64,000 nucleotides of DNA, taken from Antechinus flavipes. Taxonomy: Eukaryota. The position numbers and the translations under genes are program-made. The stretch lies in assembly GCF_016432865.1 (NCBI RefSeq), contig NC_067399.1, positions 514,414,001-514,478,000 on the forward strand, in the 5' to 3' direction. Below are positions 23,983 to 35,317 of the stretch, in pieces. The notes below the pieces were generated by a model. It did no database searches. It saw only the letters and a list, made by a program, of their open reading frames with translations, and had not been told where the DNA came from. Within the stretch, counting starts at the first letter, position 1. Each line of letters opens with the position of its first letter.

Positions 23983-24094
23983 CGGACTGTTGTAGGGATG
24001 ACCTCTGCAGCAAGAAGGATGCTGAGAACACTGGCAGCGTGGGCAAAGAAGAGCCCGAGCACAGAGAAAGTGATGATGGCCACATCGTTCAGAT
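23983..24094 (-). CDS. SLC22A17: SLC22A17 exon
   Basis: ctgcAG|(Y)[37 protein letters not shown]|GTGAGA. Confidence 0.95.
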
Positions 24095-24458
24095 CTGCAG
24101 GAACAGAGGGAAGAGTGTCGGAGCCCAGAAGGCCTCACCTGCCCAGCCCACGGTGCCCTCGTCCTGCAGGCTTGGCATTGCATTTACTGGGCAGCATGCC
24201 AAAACTCATCCCCTGGGATCTAGGCTAGTACTTTGCACACAGCTTGCTTTTCCCAACAAGTGTGTTGATGAGAATGGAATGGAGTGGGGTAGGGTTGGCA
24301 ATAGAAAAGGTGGTAAGAGGAAGTGTGTATGAGGCGGTGCTCATCTATCAGAGAAATGGGGAATTTCTCTGGACAAAGGGTCAGGGGATTTCGTGTATCT
24401 GATGGGATCACAGCCCCCAGAAAAGGGGCAGATGTCGCCATGGCTCTGGGATGCTCAC

Positions 24459-24685
24459 AGTCTCTCAGGCCCAGCAGCACAAGAGAGGCAATGCCGGTGA
24501 GGGTCATAGTGAGCAGCAGGATGCCCCGGCGGCCAAAACGGTCAACGGTAACCCCCAGAAAGACACAGGCCAAGCCAGCTGTGCCTCCAGCCAGCAGGGA
24601 ATACAGGTTGAAGTCGACCTGGGACTTCCGTCCCACTCCTCCTCCCACAAGCTGGTAGCAGTGCCTAATCCCATGGGCAATGAAG
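24459..24685 (-). CDS. SLC22A17: SLC22A17 exon
   Basis: tacAG|[16 protein letters not shown]...[32 protein letters not shown]|GTGAGC (MFS signature DRFGRR). Confidence 0.96.
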
Positions 24686-24902
24686 CTGTAAGGGTGAGAA
24701 AAATGGAAAGACTCGAGTCTTTATCCTCCAGTTCCCTCACCTCTGCTGGAACCCAGTTTTCCAGAATCCAGGCTGTCCAGCTTATGTGGGATTCTTAATG
24801 TGTAACCTACTGGGCTGAAGTCTCCCCCATCCCCAACTCCTTGAGCTCGGTGCCAGAGAGGTGCCCCGTCCACCACCCCTTGCCGCTTTGTTCAATGCTC
24901 AC

Positions 24903-25008
24903 GTGGTGAAGCCCAGGATAAGTAGGTTTTTCCAAATGTTTCGACAGCTGAGTAAGGCTGAAAGCGAGATCTGGGCAGTTGCAGGAAGGGGACAAGTGTT
25001 CTCCAGAT
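24903..25008 (-). CDS. SLC22A17: SLC22A17 exon
   Basis: ccaAG|[36 protein letters not shown]|GTGAGC. Confidence 0.95.
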
Positions 25009-25293
25009 CTTGGAAAGGGAGGGAAAGAGGGAAGTATACTCCAGAAACTGAAGTGATTATATGGGCACACACCTAAAGTTACATGGTGATCTGGTCCCTG
25101 AGCAGGGACTGTCTAGAGTCAGAATCCCCTCTGGGATATATGTGAGGGCCTGTTTTTAGAGGGGGAGGCCTCTCTGAGGCTAGTTTCCATAGGAGGAGGC
25201 CTGCCTGGCCTTTTGAGGTCACCTACATGTCCACCCACTGAGAAAGTATTCACCAGCTAAGAGCTCTCCAAGCCTTCTTCCCTCGGTCCTCAC

Positions 25294-25439
25294 CTCTGAG
25301 GGCTTCTTCAGCTTCATCTCCCAGTGGTTCCCCATGAGGCCTGTTTCTTTGAGCCAGAACTCTCAACACAGCCTGGGCCTCTGTTGTCCGCCGAGACACC
25401 AACAGCCACCTCGAAGACTCCAGGAACAGACCTGGCCAG
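25294..25439 (-). CDS. SLC22A17: SLC22A17 exon
   Basis: tctAG|[48 protein letters not shown]|GTGAGG. Confidence 0.95.
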
Positions 25440-25719
25440 CTAGACAGGCAAGGGAGACGATCATCGGGGAGGGAGGGAAGCAGACACGAGTTCTGGTCAC
25501 ACAGCAGGCTTCTCCCTGCTTGGAATTCCCGATCCTGGGGACCACCTTTGCCACTACTGGGAAGAGGAGGCTGGGGAAAGAGCTTTAGGAGCCAAGGGGA
25601 GACGGTGTTGGGAGAATGAGGGAGTGGACTGGGTGTGGGGGGGAGAGGATTGGATTCACAAGAGCAGTTCCCTAGCTCTATGGGCTAACTGGTGGAGGAC
25701 ATTGGGGGAGGGTACTGAC

Positions 25720-25885
25720 CCATAGAGCAGGAAGAGAATACAGGGAGCTGTGATCAATCTGAGCAGAAGTCTCCAGTCCTTGCAGGCCAGAGCCAGGCCC
25801 AGGAGCAGAAACTGTCCCAGTACTCCCATCAGCTCCCCGGCCAGGATTGCCCGGAGCCGCTGGGAGGGCTCACATAACTCCAGGC
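25720..25885 (-). CDS. SLC22A17: SLC22A17 exon
   Basis: ctcAG|[55 protein letters not shown]|GTCAGT. Confidence 0.95.
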
Positions 25886-26337
25886 CTGAGGACGTGGCAA
25901 GGGCAGGTCCAGAAGAAAAAAGTGGACAACATGAGAGATAGAGGAGGGCGCGGGGAAGGGGAGGTAGGAAGCAGAGAGGTTAGGATGAGGTGAGGCCTTG
26001 GGTAAGTGCAGACAGGCTGCGGGGCACAATGGTGGTCAGCGGGAAGACCTCGGGAAGAGGAGGCCAGGCTCCGCGCAGTTTTGCTTTGGCTCGAGCTGAT
26101 CCCCCCTAAGTGGGCTTACATTTCTGAGCCTGGGGCTCTCACCTGTAACATGAGTTGGCATAATTAAGTGCTCTCTAAGGGCTAGGCCTCGGGGAGGCTG
26201 CTGGACTGAAGGAGATGAGAGAGAAGGAAGGCAAGCCTGGAGAGGAGGAGTTTTCAGTAGGGTGGGGGGCAAGGTAGGGCCGGGGGGATCCCCGTAGGGA
26301 AGTGGCAGAAGGCAGGGAGAGAAGGAGCTGTACTCAC

Positions 26338-26492
26338 GGGTCAGGTAGAGGCCAAGGTCAGCCCCAGCCAGCATGAAGCCCAAGAGGAATCGCAGGGCGG
26401 TGAGACCAGGTGGGGAGCCCGCTGCAGCCCCTCCTACTCCACAGGGTCCTGCCAGCCCCAAGGCCAGCAGCACGACCCCTCGGCGTCCTACC
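26338..26492 (-). CDS. SLC22A17: SLC22A17 exon
   Basis: tccAG|[51 protein letters not shown]|GTGAGT. Confidence 0.95.
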
Positions 26493-26827
26493 CTGGAGAG
26501 GAAGGAGGACCTTCCATCACAGTATCCCACAGCCTCCTCCCTGAACCACAGTCAGCCCCCTGAATTGCTAAGATTCACATTGGCCCCCGTGGCGTGAACC
26601 AGTGGCTTATGAGAGCATCGGGGAGGGGCGGGTAGAGCTCACCATGTACCTGGGAACTTTGAGAACTAGAGAGCTGACTTCTAAAGATGGGCTACCCTGC
26701 CACAAGGACTCCTCCTGGCTCCCCTGGGTAGTTTTCTTCACGTTTTCTCAAGCCTGGCTTCCCTTAGCTCACTTGCTCCTTAGAGGGGTCTCCTAGTGCA
26801 ATGCACTCCTGCCCTGCATATACATAC

Positions 26828-26931
26828 CTGTCTGTAGGATGGCCCAGACCCAGGTAGCCACAGGCAAAGCCCAAGAGGAAGAGGATCTGCTCCAACGTTA
26901 CCTCCCAGCCCCTTTCACAGACTAGATCCCA
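26828..26931 (-). CDS. SLC22A17: SLC22A17 exon
   Basis: cacAG|[34 protein letters not shown]|GTATGT (SLC22 WDLVC motif). Confidence 0.96.
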
Positions 26932-27017
26932 CTGTGGAGGGGGAGAGAAGGGTTCGCTGGGACGGAGAGGGCAGGAGATTCCCCAGGGAGCTCCCAAGTC
27001 CTACCCTTCACCCTCAC

Positions 27018-27404
27018 CTGGGTGACCATGTTGCCACGGAGCACAGGGAGACCACTGTAGTCCCAGCCATGGGGGCACCGGGTGCTGTTGGGGGGGGGTG
27101 GGGAGCAGGCCTCTTCACTGGCGTTGAGGGTCGGCTCCCACCCTGAGGCATTGGCCTGGCGGCATCTCAGGGGCGGCACCAGGGTGAGGATGGGGTCTGA
27201 GGCCAGACCCAAGGCCACGAACAGCAGGGGCAGGCAGCTCAAGCCCACCTGCACCTGCTGGGCCCTCCCCACCACCCCCACCTGCGAGAGCAGCGACTCG
27301 AAGCTGGGGGGCCCTATGGGGGCTGCCAGGGACAGGCTGCTCCCCAATGCATCAGGAGCCGCTGGTCCCCCTTCCCCCTCCCCTTCGCCCTCCCGTGGCT
27401 CCAT
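27018..27404 (-). CDS. SLC22A17: SLC22A17 first large coding exon (exon acceptor at 27432; start codon uncertain)
   Basis: [13 protein letters not shown]...[24 protein letters not shown]...[15 protein letters not shown]...[16 protein letters not shown]|GTGAGG. Confidence 0.88.
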
Positions 27405-27573
27405 TCACCCTGGAACGGAGGAGGGACCCGACCTGTAGGGAACAAGAAAGAAAAACAGGGAGGAAGGGGAGGGATGGAGAATGACAGAGGGAAACAAAAG
27501 GAGGGGCGGAGGGGGGAGATGGTGGAATAAGGGGTGGGTGAGGTCTATGCACTTTTGAGGGGCAGTCACTCAC

Positions 27574-27660
27574 CCCTCTGGGGCTGGCGGGGGTCTCTAT
27601 GGCCCTTGCGCCTTTGCTGCTCCCCCCATGGGGCGAGGGGGTCCTGGTGGCCAAGGAGCC
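27574..27660 (-). other. SLC22A17: Upstream SLC22A17 exon resembling the eutherian N-terminal extension (LATRTPSPHGGSSKGARAIETPASPRG); no ATG seen
   Basis: Strong donor AGAGGG|GTGAGT at 27573; phase-0 splice gives ...PRG|VGSL; similarity to human is from memory. Confidence 0.55.
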
Positions 27661-27899
27661 AGGGCCTACTGCTGTGGCTTGGAGGGGTGCCTCCTCTCCC
27701 CTCTCCGCCCCTGCTCTTCCTTCCCTTCCTCTGGCCCAGTCTCCCGCCTCCTTCTCCCCTCCCTGCTATTGATTGCTCCGGCCCCACCGCCCAGCCCTCA
27801 CTCCACGGCTTTGCTAGATTTCCCACCCTACCCCCCCTTCCTTTCTTCAGCTCGGGGCTCCTTTTTCTCTCCTCCCCTTCCTTTAGACTCTCCTCCCCT

Positions 27900-28150
27900 T
27901 CCCGGGTCCTCCTGGACTCACCCTCTGAGGGAGGGAACCTCACTCTATCCGCCCTTCTTCTGAGCGGCCTCAAGGCTCGGGAAGCACCCGCGCCAGGGAA
28001 AGGGGAGAAGGGGGAGCTGGGAGCGGGCGGAGGTGCTGGCCCAGCGGCAATCCGGCCCGCCGCTCCCAGTGCCCGGCTCCGGGAGAGCTCTAGGAAAGGG
28101 AATCGCTGGATCTGCGGCTAGAGGCCCTGGGTGGAAATCCCAGGCTTTCC
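27900..28150 (-). promoter_or_regulatory. SLC22A17: SLC22A17 CpG promoter / candidate first exon
   Basis: CpG and GC-box rich; donor cagagg|GTGAGT at 27921. Confidence 0.55.
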
Positions 28151-28756
28151 ACCCCGCGCGGGTCCTGTCCCCTTACGGCTGTGTGTGTGGGGGGGAATGG
28201 AATGGATATCATCTTCTCATCTCCCTTCAAGCTCGAGACCCATTATCCTATTACGCTCCTCACTTCCTGAGATAAAGCCTTGGAAAAAAGGGACTCTCCT
28301 ATTTCAAGGGAAGGGACCACAGGGAATTTTGGATATTACTGCATTATTAAATAAGCCCAAGCAAAAATTCTCATTTACTCCGATATCCTCTCCACATTTG
28401 TTCTTCGGTTTTTATAGGATGCAAAGAGTCATGTAGCCCTCCCTTCACCCTTCCCCAATTCCCCTTCATTTTACAGACGAAAGAACCAAAACCCAGTCGA
28501 GCCCCAGGCCGGACCCCCAGCAAGTGTCAGAGTCTGGACCCAAACCCAAGACCTTTGGCAGCATCAGCACTTTTCTACTGTTCCACACCACTTGGTTTAT
28601 TTTACAGGCTTTCATGTCCTCGGCCCTTCACACCAGTCCTTCAGTCTGTCCCCGTTCCCAAGTACAACTTTGAGAGTAATGGCTTCTCTTCCCCCAAGTA
28701 TCGTACTAGTCAGCACAAAGACAGACAAGCACAGACATGGATGACAAAGAGCAGGT

Positions 28757-28762
28757 TTTATT
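28757..28762 (-). terminator. EFS: EFS poly(A) signal (a second candidate at 28596-28601)
   Basis: TTTATT on + strand, ~760 nt past the EFS stop. Confidence 0.7.
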
Positions 28763-29521
28763 GAGGTGCACGGTTCCAGTTTATGATGCTCTTTGCCTTC
28801 CCTCTCTTCTCCCCCCTCCCCACAGTTTTCTCAGGGGCCTTCCCAGGATCCCATATTCAGTTCCAGAAGATCTCCAGCTTCAGCCACTCCCCAGTGGCCT
28901 GAGCTGTGGGCTCAGTGTCCTGCTTTTTTCTCACCTAACCATCTCCCTTGGAGCTGCAGAGGGTCCTGAGCTCACCCCATCACAGGGTGCAAGGGAATGG
29001 CTTTCCTGTTCCTCCAGCTTTTTGCTTTTGCCATGTGTCTTTTCTTCTTGAGACTGAGCGGGAGAAGGAAAGGGACCAAGTGCCCAAGATGGGGGCAGGA
29101 TGAGAAATCCTCCCCCCACCCACTATGGCAGACCATGTGCTTCCTCTTTTTTTCCCCTGACAATCTGGGGAATAATATTAAATATAAATAATTTATATAA
29201 AATGGCTCGTACAAAAAGCTGCTGAAGGAAGATATAGAGAAGAGAAGGAGAATCCAAAATAGGGAACTAAGGGAGAATGAGATGATCAGAGGGGATGGAA
29301 AGGATCGAGGGAGGACAACTGTCCCATTCCCTGCATCCCATAGGGCAGCCATGGCGGGGAGGACAGAAGGGGTTAGGGACCTCCCTGAGGTCTCCAGATA
29401 CCCAGGGAAGAGCTGATCATTTCAGGCAAAGGAGAGAATTCTAGGCTGGATTGGAATTGGTGGGGGGTCGGATTTGGAGAGAAGGTGGGGAGGGTGTCCA
29501 GCAGGTGGGGAGGTGTGATGC

Positions 29522-29956
29522 TCAGGGTGCTAGGCCACTGAGCAGGGTAGTGAATTGCAGTGCTTGCCCAGCCAGCTCAGCCACCCGCTGGGCCATCTCT
29601 CGGGCAGCAGGACCTGAGGGGTAACCTAGAGCAGCACCCTTGACAGCCAGCACAGCGGCCCGTAGTGCCTGACCCAGGGCTGCCCCCGCAGTGCCAACCT
29701 GGGCACGCAAAGGAGCTGACGCAGCCAGCCGGCCCAGGGTGTCCCCTACAAACACCAGCCGGTGGGCTGCTACTACCACTCGTTTGCTGTGGGGCACAAA
29801 TTGTCGAGGGGGGTGATTGGCTCTGGTACTGGCCAGCAAGGCTGCCACGGCTGCCTGCAGAGCCGAATAGTGGCTCTGGCACTGCCCAGCATAGAAGTGC
29901 AGCAGCTGCAGGTCGCCCGAAGGCAGATCGAGGGGCTCCCCTGGGGCCGGGGCCTC
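29522..29956 (-). CDS. EFS: Embryonal Fyn-associated substrate (Cas family) last exon; model complement(join(29522..29956,30465..30560,31632..32366,32565..32705,35045..35317,38286..38297)), 563 aa
   Basis: Cas C-terminal domain DLQLLHFYAGQCQSHY...FVPHSKRVVVAAHRLVFVGDTLGRL...QFTTLLSGLAP-TGA; all introns phase 0. Confidence 0.97.
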   Translation of the reverse strand, partial: EAPAPGEPLDLPSGDLQLLHFYAGQCQSHYSALQAAVAALLASTRANHPPRQFVPHSKRVVVAAHRLVFVGDTLGRLAASAPLRAQVGTAGAALGQALRAAVLAVKGAALGYPSGPAAREMAQRVAELAGQALQFTTLLSGLAP

Positions 29957-30464
29957 CTGCAAGGAGGAGAAGCGGTGTTACTAGGGAGGCTGTGCCAGAG
30001 TGCCCACCTTTAGGAGCGGCTGACAGGGCCTTCCCCCTCTGCACTTTACAATCCCTTCCCTTAGCATTTATCCTGAGATAGAAGTATCCAGTACGGGTGA
30101 GGGGCCCAGAAAGATAAGTTACTATCTGAGGGTCAGGGCTAGAATTAGAAGTCAGGTCTCCTGACTTCCCACCTGCTTCTCTTTCTGTGGCTGCCTAGTT
30201 TTCTGCCTCTAACTGAGTAGATCCCCTTTCCCTAAATTATAATCCCTTAAATTCTAACCCATAGGACTAATATTTCCTAAATTCTAATTCCTTTCTCCTT
30301 CACTCTTGAGTTCTAACTTTATGTTGTTTCCCATTCTGATATCTTCTCATCTGAGTTTTCAATCTTTCCCTTGAAATTTTAACTTCTCTCCTTGATCTTC
30401 TATCTACTCCCCTTCCCCAGAAAAGTCTCCCAAAGTTCCCTGCCCACCCCTAGGGGCATTTTAC

Positions 30465-30560
30465 CTGTTCTTCCTGCAGAAGTCTCTCTCGAAGCATCGG
30501 CTCAGGGTCCCCCGGTTTGGCTCCATCCAGGGGATCAGAGCCTTGGATTCTTTCCATCCC
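30465..30560 (-). CDS. EFS: EFS exon 5
   Basis: ctgcAG|GMERIQGSDPLDGAKPGDPEPMLRERLLQEEQ|GTAAAA, 96 nt. Confidence 0.88.
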
Positions 30561-31418
30561 CTGCAGGAGGGGACCCAGTGTTTCAGTGAAGAGGGAAGAG
30601 AAAGCCTGGCTGGGGCTTTCATTACTTCCCTAGACTGCCCAGTTGGCTAGTTTATCCTTTTCCTTCTTTCAGCTCTTACATCGTCATCATTTGCCTTAAG
30701 GTTTGTGCAAAGCATTTTATGTGGATGATGAGGATTTGATCATTTATATTATTTGATTTGTTTTCATGATCTCTGGTTTTCCAGAATGGCTCAGGGCCAT
30801 AGGAACTATTTAAATTTGGAACCGACCTTAGAACTCATTTAATTCTCATCCCTCCCCTCCATCCCATGCTTTCTCCCACCCCAGCCCCCTACCATTTTAG
30901 AGATGAGGAAAAAAAAGCTAAGAGAAATGAAATGATTGTCTCAAATCACATATGATGCTCCCCTACACTATGGTGCTCCTACCTACATCCAGGAGGCTGA
31001 ATCAGAAGTGTTGGTTGGGTTTAGGGACAGAGATTTGACATTTGGGTGAAAGACAAAGCATGAGATTAGGGGTCAAGAGCCTGAATTTGGCAACAGAATT
31101 GCTCTCTAAAACTAGGCAGAAAGAAGTGGTCATATGATGCTTTGGATAGAAGGTTAGCTTTGGAATCTGAAAAAAGATCTGGGTTCAAATGTTACCATCC
31201 CTATGGGATGACCATGGGACAAATCAATTAACCTGTCCCTTCTCCAGGTACAGCTCTCTGCACCGAGGGTGGTAGATCGGAAAGTTTCCTAGACCAATAA
31301 AATCAATTCTTCCACCCAAGAAAAAAGTGACAGCTAGATGGTACTAAGACTTTTGGAGAACTTTCTGTGGCTTCTACTCTGCCTCTTTTCCATTCTGTTT
31401 CTCTTGAGAATTAATCAG

Positions 31419-31585
31419 GGGCAGGAGAATTAAACAGAGGTGGTGCAGTGGATAGAGCAGCAGCCCTGAAGTCAGGAGGACCTGAGTTCAAATGCACCCT
31501 CAGACACTTAAGACTTCCTAGCTGTGTGACCCTGGGGAAGTCACAGCCCCAATTGTCTCAGTTAAAAATAAAATAAAATTAAAAA
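31419..31585 (+). mobile_element. WSINE1-like SINE with A-rich tail
   Basis: ggtggtgcagtggatagagc...gaagtcaggaggacctgagttcaaat (Pol III A/B boxes); flanked by GAGAATTAA(A)TCAG repeats. Confidence 0.88.
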
Positions 31586-31631
31586 GAGAATTAAATCAGT
31601 TGAGGGATCAGTGCTCAGAGGCTGTGCTCAC

Positions 31632-32366
31632 CTTGAGATGAACGTAGTCGTACTCCTCTCCCAGGGGGATGCCCTCATACTCATTGTGGGGCTCTGCTGT
31701 CCCTGCCCCTGCATCCCCCCCTCGGCCCTCCTCGGCTCCCTCTGTTTTGAGCCCCATGTAGCTGGGCAGACGGGGAGGTGGGGGGGGCAGTGGCCGATCC
31801 TGGATACTGCCTTTTCTCCCAGAGGCGGGCGAGGGCACGGGCGAGGGGGCCGAGAGTTCCTGCACAGGCAGAGCGGGCAGTGGACGCCGGGACAGGCTCT
31901 CAGTGGAGGGGAGCCGGGGCCGCGGAGGTGGGGGTGGACTTCGGGCCAGGAGCAAGGCTAGGGTCTCCAAGTCACCGGGGACAGGGTTGGAGCCAGGGGG
32001 AGTAGGAGGGGCAGGAGGCAGCGGCTCCTCAGGACCCAGCAGGGGCACATCATAGATGGCTTCATCGCTGCTGCTGGAGGTGCCCTCTCCCAGAAGCTCT
32101 TCTGGTGCTTCGTACAGATTGAGCAGGGCAGATGCCCGCTTCAGATTGGAGGGGGCGGCATAGAGGGGGGGCTCTGGCTCCCGGCCCCCTTCCCACTCGA
32201 GGTCGAGTTCGGGAGACGGCTTCAGAGCTGGCGGGACATCATAGGGGGCATCATCTTCCCCAGGTTGCTGAGTGGATGCTCGAGCTAGGGGTCGGGGGAA
32301 AGGGACTGGGGAGTCGTAGGGGTCATTGGGGGGAACTCGAAGAGCAGTGGGGGGCACATCATAAAC
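31632..32366 (-). CDS. EFS: EFS exon 4 (YxxP substrate domain, RPLP SH3 ligands, YDYVHL Src-SH2 motif)
   Basis: tccAG|VYDVPP...YDSP...YDVP...YAAP...YEAP...YDVP...RPLPALP...RPLPPPP...EYDYVHLK|GTGAGC. Confidence 0.97.
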
Positions 32367-32564
32367 CTGGAGGGAAAAAGGAGCCAGGGTCAGTGAGACT
32401 CCTAAAGAGGATCCTTACCCGTCTGGTTCCCTCCCAGGGAATATCCTCGCAGTCTCCAAAGCTGGGCAGATTCTCCTGCCACGTTCCCTCCTTCCGCCTG
32501 CCAAGGATATTCCCGGACTTCTTTTAGGCAGGGGCCCCCGGTTTTCTAGCTTCTTCTTCCTCAC

Positions 32565-32705
32565 CTCTCGAGTATCTCCAGGGGTGTCTGTCTGTGTCCC
32601 ACTACTTCTGGGGACTTTGTAGATGGCATCCGGTGATGGCGGGCAAGGCCCAGGTGAAGGTCTTGGGGCAGAACAGGGCCGAGGTGGTGGTGGGATCACA
32701 TATAC
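32565..32705 (-). CDS. EFS: EFS exon 3
   Basis: ttcAG|VYVIPPPPRPC...DAIYKVPRSSGTQTDTPGDTRE|GTGAGG. Confidence 0.95.
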
Positions 32706-32967
32706 CTGAAAAAGCAGCAAGCACAGCATGAGTTAGGAGGGCCGGGACAGCAGGGAATAAGAGAGCCATAGCATGGTTCCAGGTGGTATGATGGAAAGAG
32801 CTAGAGCTCTTGGGTAAGAGAAGTTTCGTTCAAAACTCTTTACTACCTTATATAACTCATTTAACCTCCCAAGCCTTCAGTTTCTGTACCTATAAAGTTC
32901 CTCCACTTCTCTAAATCTGGGGTCCAAAAAAAAGTTAATGCTAAATGAGAATTTAGAAAATATCTGT

Positions 32968-33605
32968 TCCAGGGGGGTTTTAACATGGTGTCTGTGAACT
33001 TATTATTACTTTTTCATTCCTATAGAATTTTTTTCAATAATATTTTTTCCAAATACATGCAAATATAACTTTCAACATTCACCTTTGCAAAATCTTGTGT
33101 TCCAAATTTTTCTCCCCTTCTCCTCTCTCTCTCCTCCTCAAGACAACTAGCAACCAGACATAGGTTAAACATGTGCAATTCTTCTCAACATATATTCTCA
33201 ACATATTCGTCATACTATGCAATAAAAATCAGATCAAAAGGGAAAAAACCACTAGAAAGAAAAAAAACCAAGCCAACAAACAACAAAAAAAGGTGAAAAT
33301 ACTATGTTTTGGTCCACATTCAGATTCCACAATTCTCTCTCTGGGGGTGGTTGGCACTTTCCATCCCAAATCTATTGGAATTGCCTTGACTGACTAAACT
33401 GTTACAAAGAGTCCAGTCCATTCCAGCTGATCAGTGCAATTTATTTTAAAAAATTATCATTGTTTGATAATTTTTTCAATATAATCAGTGCAATATAATT
33501 TACTATAATTTGATATATTTAAATACATTATTTTGAGAAGTGACCCATAGGCTTTGATAAATTGCCAACAGGGTCCAGGACATGCAAAAAGGGAAAGAAT
33601 ACCTA
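32968..33605. mobile_element. hAT-type MITE split by an older L1 3'-end fragment (~33010-33410, -)
   Basis: MITE left end ccaggggggttttaac at ~32969; body resumes at ~33450; insert matches marsupial L1 3'UTR (ttccaaatacatgcaa...gtgttccaaattttt). Confidence 0.6.
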
Positions 33606-33639
33606 ATTTAATCCAACTTCCTGGACCCTCTTCTCTGCA

Positions 33640-34680
33640 CCTCTTTTATTACTTCATTTGGTGATCTCATCCGTTCCCTTGGAGTAATTATCATTTCTAT
33701 GATGATAATCCTTAAATCTATAGTACTTAATCCTAATCTCTCTGCTGACCTCAGGTCTTGACTCTCCAACTAGCTTGGGGCATCTCAAACTAGCTGTCCA
33801 GTGCTCATCTTAAACGCAACATGTCTAAAAATGAACTCATTATCTCTTCCTCTGAATCTTCCTCCCACCTCCTAGCTTCTCAATTACCACCATCCTCCCA
33901 GTCCCTCAGGCTTACAACTTAATAGTCTCCTTCACATGTCACTCTCACTCCCCATATCCAAGCCATTTTTACCCTTACAACTCTCCAATAGGTCTCCTTC
34001 TGTCCCCTTGCCACCAGTTCAGGCACATCCTCTCTCTCACATTGATTCTACAATTGCCCCTGAAGGGTCAGCCTACTGGAGGGTCAGCCCTTCTCAAATC
34101 TCTCCTCATTCCAGTTCATCCTCCATTCATCCACTAAAGTGATTTCCCTAAATTACATTTCACTCTCCTACCAATAAATTCCCTACGGCTCCCAGAATCA
34201 GGACAAAATCCTCTGGCATCCCCTTTGTAGAACCTCATCTTCTCCTACCTTTCTAGGCTTCGCACATCTTTCTCCACATGATGCTCTCTTTGATATGATA
34301 ACCCTGATCTCCCAGCTGTTCCTGGAACAAGACACTCTGCTTACCTCTAGGCTTGGGGGATATTCTCAGGCTGACTCCCTTTCCTAAAATCCTTCCTCTC
34401 CTCTCCATCTCCTGGTTTTCCTTCAAATTCCAACTAATATATCATCTATAGGAAGCCTTTCCCAACCCATCTTGATCTTGGCCCTTTCCCTCTCTTAATC
34501 ATTTCCTATATATCCTCAATCTAGCTGGTTTGTATATATTTGTTAGTTTTTCATCTTAGAGAATAAGCATATTAGGGTATTAGCAACTCAAGGGCAGCAT
34601 TTTAAAAATCCTTATCACCTAGTATACTGCCTGGCACACAGTAGGCTGTAAGAAATGTTTATTGATTAACTGACCTCATC
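33640..34680 (+). mobile_element. LINE-2 relic (3' part)
   Basis: catcttaaacgcaacatgtctaaaaatgaactc...ggcacacagtaggc...aaatgtttattgatt (L2 3' end). Confidence 0.75.
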
Positions 34681-35044
34681 TTATAAACAAAAGGAAATCA
34701 GAGCCATTGAAGTGAATTGGCTCCCCCAAGATCCCACAGTTTGTTAATAAGTGTCAGAGACAGAATTAGAACTGTGATCAACTGATTCCATACTCTCTAC
34801 CACGCTATGTCTTCAGTCTGAGAAGGAAAGCTAAAAGGGTTAGTGCAAGTCAGAGAAAAGAATACCAAAAAAGGCATGGGGAGTGAGAGCTGGTAAGGAG
34901 AGAGTTTTTTAGATTGGGGGGACCAGGGAAGGAACTATATCCACAGAGCCTGGGGCACTGAGAAGGCTGTAGGGAGTAGGACTATCTGGGGTCTTCAAGC
35001 TAAGGATGGGGAGGGAGAAAGTTATCTTCTGGCCTCTTACTTAC

Positions 35045-35317
35045 TTCCTGTTCCACCAGACCTGGGCCTGGATCAGATGTACTCTGGTGAGTAGGAGGCA
35101 CCTGGTAAAGGCTGGACTCAGGGCTGGGGCCAGTGGGGAGAAGCTTCACTCGGTTGGCAGGCACAATGCCCTGCTGGCCATGGAGGGAGCAGAGACACCA
35201 GCCCTGCAGCCCCCCGGCCCCTTCCCCTTGCAGCACTCGGAGTACATCCCCACGTTTGAAGGACAGTTCCTCTGGAGATTCTGCTGTGTTGTCATAGAGG
35301 GCCCGGGCCAGCTGGGC
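35045..35317 (-). CDS. EFS: EFS exon 2 (SH3 domain)
   Basis: ccaAG|AQLARALYDNTAESPEELSFKRGDVLRVLQ...GWCLCSLHGQQGIVPANRVKLL...VEQE|GTAAGT. Confidence 0.98.

Noticed and set aside
27432-30465. EFS-to-SLC22A17 read-through fusion, by analogy with BCL2L2-PABPN1
   Set aside because: The phase-0 EFS donor spliced to 27432 reads VGSLL... and stops at 27354; out of frame with the transporter as assembled.
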